From Eledone cirrhosa (lineage: Eukaryota), in assembly GCA_964016885.1 (NCBI GenBank), contig OZ024747.1, forward strand, positions 77,562,001 to 77,626,000: a stretch of DNA of 64,000 nt. Direction: 5' to 3'. Of the stretch, positions 12,745-23,524 are shown piece by piece. How positions within the stretch are numbered: the stretch's first letter is position 1; the number at the start of each line of letters is the position of its first letter. Position numbers and translations under genes: made by a program. A model generated the notes under the pieces. The model was not told where the DNA came from. It saw nothing but the letters and a program-made list of their open reading frames with translations, and did not search any database.

Positions 12745-12830
12745 CTTTTTACTGTTTTCAGTCATTGGAATGCGGCGACACTGGGGAAACACCTCCAAGG
12801 GTTTGTTTTAGACAATCACACCAACCCATG
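12745..12830 (-). mobile_element. 3' fragment of a second SINE family
   Basis: Reverse complement ccccagtgtcgccgcattccaatgactgaaaacagtaaaa is related to 43298-43330 (+) and 47565-47612 (-). Confidence 0.5.
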
Positions 12831-12933
12831 TAGTTCTTTCTGGCTGAATCACCACTAAGTTTACGTTTTACACATAAAATTTCGCATCTCAACACACTGG
12901 TTTACACAAGCACACACACACACACACACACAC

Positions 12934-12987
<54 letters not shown>

Positions 12988-13049
12988 AATATGGGGAGAA
13001 GAATACTGCATGGTTGCACATGGATAACATGTTATAAAATGAGTCCCTC

Positions 13050-13076
13050 ATGGTGGTGGTAGTAGTAGTAGTAGTG

Positions 13077-13125
<49 letters not shown>

Positions 13126-13167
13126 CAGCAGTAGTAGTGGTGATGGTGGTGGTGGTTGTGGCGGTGG
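13050..13167. repeat. (TAG)n/(TGG)n trinucleotide repeat
   Basis: Direct inspection. Confidence 0.95.
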
Positions 13168-13204
13168 TTTCTTTGAGAAATATGACTCATCAATTGTTCT
13201 GTAT

Positions 13205-13255
13205 TAGATAGATAGATATATTTCTTTATTTGCCACAAGGGCGCACAAGAAAAGA
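13205..13255 (-). mobile_element. Extreme 3' end of the same Tx1-like LINE family as 1303-2291
   Basis: Reverse complement gcccttgtggcaaataaagaaat matches 2248-2271 gcccttgtggctaataaatgaaat; here followed by (ATCT)n. Confidence 0.6.
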
Positions 13256-13267
13256 TGTGTGTGTGTG

Positions 13268-13326
<59 letters not shown>

Positions 13327-13370
13327 AAAAGAAATCGAAAATGCAACTGGAGTCTTTTTAAGAATATTTA

Positions 13371-13416
13371 TTTCCTTTACCGGTTTCACAGTTCTTATGC
13401 TTTTCAAAAGTAGAAT
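13371..13416 (-). ncRNA. Minimal type I hammerhead ribozyme, U3-A8 core variant
   Basis: ctt-TTGAAAA-gca taagaac tgt-GAAA-ccgg-TA-aag, followed by AATAAA; within a TA-flanked insert. Confidence 0.5.
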
Positions 13417-13447
13417 TGAGATGGAGGGTTTGTGGTTTGTCTCTATC

Positions 13448-13504
<57 letters not shown>

Positions 13505-13508
<4 letters not shown>

Positions 13509-13620
13509 GAAAAAAATGAAACAAAATTTCATTTCTCACTCTTAGTACGGCTGTTACTTAAATATAAGTATGTATATGTACATACATATATGTATACAGA
13601 CGTACAGTAGTATGTAAATA
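13505..13620 (+). repeat. Short TA-associated interspersed repeat (other copies 17745-17850 and 59730-59830, both minus)
   Basis: aatttcatttctcactcttagtacggctgttacttaaatataagtatg...cagacgtacagta shared by three loci. Confidence 0.8.
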
Positions 13621-13666
13621 TATACATACATGCACACTTGTATATATATATATACTTATATATATA

Positions 13667-13939
13667 TCATTATCTATAAAAGGCATATTGTTGTTGTGTG
13701 TATGTGTGCATGTTCCATGTTTATACATTTGCACAATTTCAAACCGTATGAATGTTGTAAATGGTCTAACTTAGATCAACGACTATTTTTTTCCAACTCA
13801 TCCACAATTACGGAAATAATCGATAAAACTAAATACATTCTGCAACTTTCTCTTATATACGCTTAAACCCCCTCCTATAAAACTTCCTTTAAGAACGCCG
13901 AAGAAAGAAGAGAGAAAGAAATGAAGGAGAGAAGAGAGT

Positions 13940-14010
<71 letters not shown>

Positions 14011-14606
14011 TTTGTTTTTTAGTGTGGAACGGTCAAACATTTATTTACTTCAATGACAACGAAGAGAACTTATTACATTTCATACCAAACAACAATTATT
14101 CAAAAGCAACAGATCAATTTATTCAACAACAACAAAAAATAGCGATAAATTTTTTTTAAAACATCTCTCAACGAAGGTGAAAGAAAGAAGTATCAGTTTA
14201 TTTACTATACACAATAATATCCTCTATGAGGTCACTAAACCTGCTAGAAACAGCAGCTAACTCTCCTCCATATCACACTCCTCCCTACAGTCTTAAATTT
14301 AGAAAACACACATTAGACAACCATGCAGAACAACTCCATCGCAGCTCTGTTGTTCGGCTGGCATCGTCTACGCGTGTGTTGAGCAAGTACTGTGAAACAA
14401 TAAATTTCAACACTTCTTTGCACAGAAATAATATCCATAGGCGAAACTACAATTGTCACTGCTGGCGCAGCTGCTGCTTCGGCAGTCCAGATCTGCAATT
14501 CATTCACCCAGTGCCTGGCAGACAAAAAAGTGCTGCCATAAAATGGGTGGTGCAACCTAACTTTGGTAACTTACTGACCCCGAGCAACGCCGGGCTTTAA
14601 TGCTAG
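13667..14606 (+). mobile_element. Non-autonomous Helitron, about 940 bp
   Basis: A|TC 5' end; 3' hairpin cccgagcaacgccggg followed by CTAG|T at 14603-14607; internal (GA)n and a SINE-like fragment near 14220-14300. Confidence 0.8.
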
Positions 14607-14730
14607 TATATATATATTAAAATAACAGATTAACGTTTAAGCAAAGAATCGGTGCTTTCACATTTATCCTTATCGAGCCCTCTTTGGATTTTAGTCTTCA
14701 CATTTATTTTTATTACTATATATATATATA

Positions 14731-14868
<138 letters not shown>

Positions 14869-15408
14869 ATATATGTATGTATATATAATTATATGTATAT
14901 AATCATCGGGTCGAACACAGGCCTGAAAGGAACGGATCTGCGTCCTGGGAATCTCGATGAGCTATCAGGGTGGGATATTACGTTCCTTGAGTACTCGGAA
15001 AAATTAATTTCCATTTATTTCGCTAGACGATACCACTCAAAACTGGCTGACACGTGGTTAGGAGGTGTTGGCTGGGATTTACAATCGAAGGCTTTGATCT
15101 TTACTCTAGATCCCACCTTGATAACTCATCGAGATTCCCTATAATACACTTAAACTTTTTCATATAAGACTCTCTCTGTAATTTCATTAAATAAATCTAG
15201 CAACACAAACCTTTAATTTTCTATTAATTTTCTAATAATTTAATTTCATCCTATAACTCTTAACATAAGTTAACGTTCCAATTTTCTGTTCACACATTAG
15301 ACCATACAGACACCTATATATATGCCTTTGTTAAAATATGGGTTCTTTGGAATAACATTTTTCGCGGCGTCCTCTAGCTTGACCGTAGTGTGACCCTTAC
15401 GCTGACGT

Positions 15409-15441
<33 letters not shown>

Positions 15442-15630
15442 TCTTTTTTATTCTCTGACAGAGAGGTGGTAGTACATTATAAGCCTTCGCCCCCTCATGG
15501 TCATTAGTAGACCGAGTTGCCATCACTTGAGGGCGACTGACCGAGGTGAAAGCAGCTAGTTGGTCAGTCGTCCTCTCTGTCTCTGATCTTCGGACCCATG
15601 GATTTTATATATTCCTTTGTTATATTTCGA

Positions 15631-15688
15631 ATACCTGATGATATCACCGGATTCATACGGAACCCGGTCATTGAAATGATCATAGTAT
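15631..15688 (+). ncRNA. Type I hammerhead ribozyme in a Penelope-type terminal repeat (about 15430-15815)
   Basis: atac-CTGATGA-stem II accgg/ccggt-GAAA-t gatc a-TA-gtat, then AATAAA; near-identical copy at 44493-44550. Confidence 0.8.
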
Positions 15689-16797
15689 AATAAACTTTTC
15701 AAGGATTTACACCAGTCCAGTCTCCTGTTATTTATAATAATTAACTCCGTATTAGCACCACCAACTACACAAACGAAGACGGGTGAACTGCACTACGTTG
15801 AGTACTCTCGATAATATTACATCAAGATGAACCATACGGAATGACCAGTTCTATCCAGTGGTGAACCAACAAACCTAAATAAATAATGCTCCAATAATGT
15901 TGAGCACTTCCAGATGTAATATTGAACAGCGGCACTGACTTCTGTGTACAGCTATTGCCAGCATGGGATTAACTGATCTACTTACCATTCGGATTTTGGC
16001 TGCTCTGTACTTTGTCTACCGCCCACCCTATCCAATGCTGCTTCCTTGTCGGGAATATTCGGATTTCGACAAAATTCTACGTATTATACTTAAGCATGTA
16101 TTGTATTGACTGAATTCTCTACTCTATACCTCAGGACTTTTTTGTGACTCACACCGAATTCGGAGACCCGAACTTTACACTAGGTACCACCTGATACCAT
16201 TCCATCTCTTCCATCAGAATAACTTTTATAGTATAAAGCATAGGGAGGGAGATTTGTATTGTCGTGGATAAATAGCGTATAATTAGATGATGCAAAAATA
16301 TATATATAAATAAATAAATAAATATACATTTGGGCATAGCTTTGTGAAAGAATAATTTCGAATCGTTGAATTATCTAGAAATAATCAATCAATCTAAATA
16401 TCAAATATATCTGGATGTAGTTATACAATACAAATCTCCCTCCCTATGCTTTATACTATAAAAATTATTCTTCCTTGTCTCTCTATCCTTAATCAATTCT
16501 CTTTTGCTTTCGTGCATAAGATATTTCTATACTTCTAGTAACTATTTTTTTCCTCATCTGTTTCTTTCTCTGTCTTTCTTCTTTCTTCAATAATTTAAAT
16601 TATTTGAATCTCTAACAGTTATGTAAATTGCTATTATGTATTTTTATAAGCTTTCTCACACGCACCCTCTGAATTATATGTAATCTTAAGGTATATAAAT
16701 TATATGTAATCTTAAGGTATATAAATAATGAGTTTTGTCATATCTTATTCACTGCCATGACTGAACCATCTAAGTCAGGGTATGCCATACATCATCT

Positions 16798-16864
16798 TAT
16801 TTTATCTGATGAGAACGTACTGTTGAAGATAGCTCAGTACCTCTGAAATATGTATAATAAAATA
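16798..16864 (+). ncRNA. Type I hammerhead ribozyme
   Basis: tattttat-CTGATGA-stem II gtactg/cagtac-GAAA-t atgt a-TA-ataaaata (8-bp stem I). Confidence 0.75.
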
Positions 16865-17006
16865 TACTTGATCACACGAATGTCTATTTTTGTAAATATT
16901 TTGAATTATTATTAATAACTCCGGAAAACCATTTCTGTGGAGTGCTTCCAATCTATTGTAAAACTTTATTCTTTGATTTATTCATTGAACCTTGTTTAAC
17001 CTTTAA

Positions 17007-17250
<244 letters not shown>

Positions 17251-17254
17251 ATTT

Positions 17255-17294
17255 CCGAGCTGAGGATCCGCTAAGGTGAAACAATTGTTCTCGG
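17255..17294 (+). ncRNA. Minimal type I hammerhead ribozyme
   Basis: ccgag-CTGAGGA-t cc gctaa gg t-GAAA-c aatt g-TT-ctcgg. Confidence 0.75.
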
Positions 17295-17323
17295 TATGGT
17301 GAACCAACTGTTGTGTAACCACT

Positions 17324-17425
<102 letters not shown>

Positions 17426-17631
17426 GAAAGTATATACTTTCAAACGTTCAATCGACTGACAGGATGGTATACGGTGATGATGACAGCTAATAAGCTAGAA
17501 ACTAGTTCATCGTTCTTTTGTCAGTGTTGAAAAAAAGGGCAACGATGGTTGCCGAACACTGTACGGCTTAATTCGGGCTGTTTGTTTACAAACAAACCGA
17601 ACATTATAATAAATGTTCAGTAAACCCATAC

Positions 17632-17707
<76 letters not shown>

Positions 17708-18010
17708 CTGTGTGTGTGTGTGTGTGTGTGCATGTACGTATGTATATACATACTACTGTACGTCTGAATACATATATGTATGTACGTATACATACTTATA
17801 TTTAAGTATCAGCCGTACTAAGAGTGAGAAATGAAATTTCATTTTTTCCATTTATATATGTATATATATATAATATGTATATATATATATATATATATAT
17901 ATTAAATATTGTATATACTCTATGTATTGAGTACCTTACTTAAAGTTGTTACCCCCGATTAAACCTGGGATACACATACATATATTCATATATATATATA
18001 TATAGTTATA

Positions 18011-18067
<57 letters not shown>

Positions 18068-18314
18068 GTGTGTGTGTGTGTGTATACATACATATATATA
18101 TTATATGATATACATACATATATCTAAATATATATAGATGTATATATAAAATGTGTATTACGTCAATACCCATCTTTTTCCATTTCTCCGAGGGTTCTTA
18201 ACACCACTATCAGGCTAAATAATTTCTTTAATTTCTTTAATCAAAATACGGCGATTGCTTACATTTCTAATAATATATCTTTACACACCTTCCACTCTGT
18301 TCCCACACACTTCT

Positions 18315-18348
18315 CACCTGAGGAAGGGCTTATGCCCGAAACGTCGTT
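18315..18348 (+). ncRNA. Minimal type I hammerhead ribozyme (Penelope pLTR type)
   Basis: ac-CTGAGGA-a gggc ttat gccc-GAAA-cg-TC-gt; downstream AATAAA; stem I very short. Confidence 0.65.
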
Positions 18349-18435
18349 CCCCACCACCACCCCACTCTCCAGAGCGTGAAATTAATAAACATTCGTTGTA
18401 CTGCCTCTCTGTTTTGTTCCTGTTCAAATTTTTCC

Positions 18436-18529
<94 letters not shown>

Positions 18530-18532
<3 letters not shown>

Positions 18533-19005
18533 ACCAAAATATACGGTAGTGTCCAATCCGTATGAAGAACTCAATGTAATCCAAATATCATGAAAAGAGA
18601 AAATACATTCAAAAATTTTCGATGAAAATCATAGGAAAACAGAGTCAAGATAAATTAATAAAAACAATGAAATAAAAACAAAGAACAAGTTCCTTATATT
18701 AAAAAATTCATCATTTTACGATCGTTTCTAGGATGTATATGTGTGTTGGTATGTATATCATATAGATCTATGTAAAAATATTACAAATTATCAGAAGAAA
18801 TATACATACCTTCACATATACATGAAGACAGCATGTATATGTGAAGGTATGTATATTTCCTCTGATAATTTATAATATTTTTACATAGATCTATATGATA
18901 TACATACCAACACACATATACATCCTAGAAACGATCGTAAAATGATGACTTTTTTAATATAAGGAACTTGTTCTTTGTTTTTATTTCATTGTTTTTATTA
19001 ATTTA
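18530..19005. mobile_element. Penelope-type terminal repeat remnant with a 174-bp-arm fold-back; related copy at 19640-19875
   Basis: Direct repeat of tctaccaaaa...tacgatcgtttctaggat; inverted arms 18651-18824 and 18832-19005. Confidence 0.7.
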
Positions 19006-19021
19006 TATATATATATATATA

Positions 19022-19120
19022 TAATTGTTTCTACTTTAGGCACAAGGCCAGCAATTACCCAGTGCATTACTGGTACTTTATTTTATCGACTCCGTAAGGA
19101 TGAAAGGCAAAGTCAACCTC
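19022..19120 (-). mobile_element. SINE 3' half inserted in a TA tract
   Basis: Reverse complement of SINE body and tail. Confidence 0.9.
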
Positions 19121-19181
19121 TATATATATATATATAATGACGAAACATAAGTCAATTGCATGAACTCATAATCCTTTATTT

Positions 19182-19237
19182 ACTGCTATATATATTTCGA
19201 TGATAGCCATTGAATGGCTATGACCTCATCAGGCAGT
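19182..19237 (-). ncRNA. Type I hammerhead ribozyme
   Basis: actgc-CTGATGA-ggtcatagcca ttcaa tggctatcatc-GAAA-t atat a-TA-gcagt, then AATAAA. Confidence 0.85.
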
Positions 19238-19985
19238 TAGTCAGTTCTTAGATATGCCAGCTCTGTGTTTATAGTGTTGATGGTATCAGAGCCTTGGGAC
19301 ATATGAGCTTGTTAGGAATAATTTAATGTTGTCAGCAGGAATAGTCTTGATTCTCATTGGTCAGTTTGTAGATGGTAGTAGGGTTGGCATTTGACCTCAA
19401 AGAGGCAGGTGGTTTTGTAAAGTTCAAACCGTATGTACGCACAAGTATACATATATATATATATATATAGAATATATATATATATATATACACAGAACGT
19501 ACACATATATAAAATATATACATATAAAAATATAAAAAATATATATATACATAAAATACACACATACACAAAATATATACACACATAAAACATACATACA
19601 TATATATATAAAATACACATACATATACATATATAGATAAATCTACCAAAAGTTTACGGTTGTGTCCAATCCGTATGAAGAACTCAATGTAATCCGGATA
19701 TCATGAAAAGAGAAGATGTATTCAAAAACTACTTTCGGTGAAAAATAAACGGAAAACAGAGTCAAGATAAATTAATAAAATAATGAATAAACAAAGAAAC
19801 AATTCCTTATATTAAAAAAATTCATCATTTTACGATCGTTTCTAGGATATATATGTGTTAGAGTTGGTATGCATATTCATATAAAATATATACATATATA
19901 TACACACATATATATAAAATACACATATATACACCTACAAAATAAACATATATATACACATGATACATATATACATATATATATA

Positions 19986-22276
19986 TAAAATCAGGTTCAA
20001 TAAAACGTGGTTTAGATGACTCCTAACCAGTAGAGGATCCGGTGGACCATCCACCATAGGGACCACAAACTATGGGTGGTTGTTGTTGTCCATTGGTCAT
20101 TGGTACGGGGTGTAGGGGACCTACAGGGGGGGGGGGGGCGTTGTGGGAGGCCGTAACCGGGGTTTATCCATATAGCTTGAGGAAAGTTCCCGTCCTTAGG
20201 TGTCTGCAGGCACCGAATAAGTCGGCCCTTCTGTTTAATAGCTTGGTTCCGCCATGAAGAATCTCGAGTGTCTCACTAAGACAGAGGTTGCAAATACCAG
20301 ACCCTCCTCTGTCTGGGAGAACCTTTCTAACCACGGACCAGACCAGAGAGTGCGGGGTCTTTTCAAGTTTGAGCTTCCAGATCAATTCAGAAAAGGCCGT
20401 ACATTTCCTCTTATCTATTCTGTTAAAGGAATGGCGATTGTTATACCACCGATCTTTGAAGCTCGTTGCTGTGGATCCTATGTAGTGGTGCTCCGAGTTA
20501 GGGGTTGTGACCTTTCACCTGTAGACCACGTTTTCGTCAGGCATTCATTACTAAGGGGGCATAGTGATGGGTCTCTGCAATTACATGACTTCTTAAGCCC
20601 CACCACATGTACCGCGTGGTTACCATCACTCGGGGTTGGCTGGATAGCCTCCGCAATCAGCACAGGATCGTTGGGTTCCGGTGTGCTAGTTGGGCCTGTC
20701 CGGGTTCCGTTACGTCCCGTGTGCTGGTTCTGTTGGGTGGCTCCGGAGTTTACGGTGGTATTAGAGGCAGTGAGCCTATTCCTATTTATGCCAGCTATGT
20801 GCTGGGCTACGGAGCGTGTGGTTGAGTAGGAAAGTTTCACCGTGTGCCTGCTGAATATTTTATGGTACTTGTGGGCCCTAGGGAAACATTTATCCAGTAC
20901 TCTAAAGAATGTTCTAGCCAGGCTGGTACGTAGACCCACCGAGTACGGAGGGTTATACCATGTGACCTTCCTGGTCCTATTCTTGCGGGGTTGTTGGGTG
21001 TCCGCCGTGGGCCATCGCGTGGTTGTGCACAGCTCAGGTCGAGCTCGGTTGGTGTCACTCGGGTGTGCGGAGCGGTCACTATCATGAGGGTTATATGGGC
21101 CCACCGTGGGGCTATAAACCTGCGAGGTGCGGCCTCCCTGCTCAGTTAGGGTTCGGCGGGTGGTGGGGTCGGTGCAGGGGTGCCTATGCTCCGCAGCACA
21201 GTGGTCTTCAGCGTTGTAGGTATTCGACCGGTGGGGTATGCGGGACCTTCTACCGTGGGTGGTGACGGATAGGGGTCTGGGAGTGTTACTACTGGTCACC
21301 GAGGTATTAGGTGGGCGACTCATGCCCCTGAGGGTATTGGTCCGGGGTACCCTTGGGTCATCTCGATCATGTCCCTTAGGGTTATAGCTGATCCTATCGC
21401 TGTGGGACGCCTTAGCTAGCGCTGAGTTATAGTAATCAGCGTTACTATTGAAGATCTCTTTATTGGCCGACAAGTTAGAGATCCTGTCAGAGACACTCTT
21501 AACTACGACCTTAACTATAGATCTAGGGTGATTAGACCCAGCGTTGATATACACCAGCTTCTCATTGGGTTTATGATATGGGTGGTGTAGCTTGGTGTTG
21601 AGGTTGAGGGTGGTGTCCAGGAAATTCACTACTTTTCTATTGGGTTCCATCTCTACCTTAAGTCCTACCTTGCTAAAGAAGTGCCTAATTCTCCTCTTCA
21701 TATTTTCGACCATTGAGGTGCATTGTGGTGTTCACTACGATGAAGTGTGCGTCGTCTCGGTACAGCCCGCCACCGTATTTCTCTCCTGATCTCGTAGAGT
21801 ATGTATATCCCAACCAAGTCCGTTAGCTGCGCGGAGTCACTGGAGCCCATTGTAATGTCAAAATTATTTGGCCAGTCGCTCCGGGTCCATATCTCCCCAC
21901 CGAATCGGATCAGGGTCTTTCTGGCGGCGTGTATGATTCGGACTTCGTCGCGTGTTAGGTCTGTCCTATTCATCGCGAATATGAGTGCCTTGTTCAGGAC
22001 TATGGGCGAGATAGAGGAGTAGTAATTGTTGATGTCTAGTTGTATGAAGCTAGTCCTATGTTTTTCAGGTAAAAATGTAAACCAGTCCAGCACATGGCTG
22101 GTGCAGGACCAGAGTTGTAACCTTATTTTACTCTTAAGTGTGGGGAGGATTCTATCTAAAATGCTTTTGCTAATAACCCCCATGTCTGACCGGGAGGGGG
22201 CTATAAGTCTGACCGGCAGATTAGACTCGAAGTTTGGTTTGTGGTCCTTAATGGTAATCCTCGGCTCCCAAGTGAA

Positions 22277-22280
<4 letters not shown>
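19986..22280 (-). mobile_element. Penelope-like retroelement, Naiad-type, 5'-truncated (RT plus GIY-YIG endonuclease)
   Basis: RT motifs KDHKPNF..RLI.P, F..LDI.NYYSSI, FDITMGS.DSA...DLVG, GLYRDD, FLD; thumb YHKP, HP, WYNPPYS, KLSYS; CxCx5C linker (CNCRDPSLC); VVY...YIG...FKDRW, CNLC..E...I, CRH. Confidence 0.9.
20164..22275 (-). pseudogene. Disrupted RT-GIY-YIG ORF of the Penelope-like element
   Basis: Pieces in several frames: frameshifts near 21780, near 21722 and in the A-run at 20531-20534; in-frame TGA at 20515-20517. Confidence 0.85.
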
Positions 22281-22307
<27 letters not shown>

Positions 22308-22353
22308 CAACAATGTAGACACTTCACTTGTATATATATATATATAAAGTGAA

Positions 22354-22417
<64 letters not shown>

Positions 22418-22744
22418 TAACCATTACTGCATCCAGGATAATCCTATACCTAATTTATATGTATATATATACAACAATGTAAACACTTCACTTTATATTC
22501 CCAATAACATGTTCAGACATATTTCGCAGAAATATCAATTCATCAAAATCCAGGTTTACAGAAACAGAGTAATTCCTCTTTTTTCTTTTATTTTAACCCT
22601 TAACACTCCACCCCTAACTTTACAAGCCACGCCCTTTTCTCTATTATTGACAGATCTTCTGGTTACAATTGTACACACTATTTAAATAACCACGCCCAAT
22701 GTGAGATTGCGAGACAGTTTATTTTCAGTCGCTGTTGCTGTTTT

Positions 22745-22898
22745 GTGGGTGTATATGTTTGTGTGTGTATGTGTGTGTGTGTGTGTGTGTGTATGTGTGT
22801 GTGTGTTTCTGTGTGGGTCTATGTCTGCGTGTTTGTCTGTCTGTGTGTGTGTGCGTATGTCTGTGTTTGTGTGTGTGTGTGGGGGGGGTATGTCTGCG

Positions 22899-22940
<42 letters not shown>

Positions 22941-23129
22941 ATGTCTGACTCTGTGTGTATATGAGTCTGTGGGTCTATGTCTGCGTGTGTGTCTGTGTGT
23001 GTGCGTATGTCTGTGTCTGTTTGTGTGGGGGGGGCTATGTCTATATGTGTCTGTGTGGGTCTGTGTGTCTATGTCTGTGTATGTGTCTGTGTGTGTGTGT
23101 GTCTATGTCTGTGGGTGTGTCTCTGTGTT

Positions 23130-23180
<51 letters not shown>

Positions 23181-23445
23181 ATATGTGTGTGTGTCGTTGT
23201 GTGGGGGGTCTGTATCTGTGCATGCATGTGTCTGTATGTGGTTGTGCATGTCTGTGTATGTGTCTGTGTGTCTATGTGACTGTGTCTGTATTTCTGTATG
23301 TGTGTATGTGTGTAAGAACCAGCATAGGTGTGTGTATCTGGGTATGTGTGTGTGTCGGGGGGTCTATGCCTTTGTATGTGTCTGTGTGTATGTGTGTATG
23401 TGCTTCTGTGTGTCTCTGAATATGTATGTGTCTGTGTGTCTGTGT
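22745..23445. repeat. Degenerate (GT)n/(GTCT)n low-complexity tract
   Basis: Direct inspection. Confidence 0.95.
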
Positions 23446-23496
23446 TTTGTCGTTTTGTTTAGTATATTTTTCTCAGTCTGTTTTACAATAGCACAT

Positions 23497-23524
23497 AGAC
23501 GGCAGATTCGGTAGAGCGCCGGAC
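23497..23524 (+). mobile_element. SINE head (A box) immediately left of the satellite
   Basis: ggcagattcggtagagcgccggac matches ggcagaatcggtagagcgtcgaac at 832-855. Confidence 0.8.

Noticed and set aside
18860-18945. CTGATAA...GAAACGATCGTA as a hammerhead
   Set aside because: C3-A8 mismatch, no convincing stem II or stem I; probably only the 3' half of a ribozyme.
20254-20829. 191-aa plus-strand ORF
   Set aside because: Antisense shadow of the Penelope-like ORF.
22735-23514. Cys/Val-rich 259-aa ORF
   Set aside because: Degenerate (GT)n translation.
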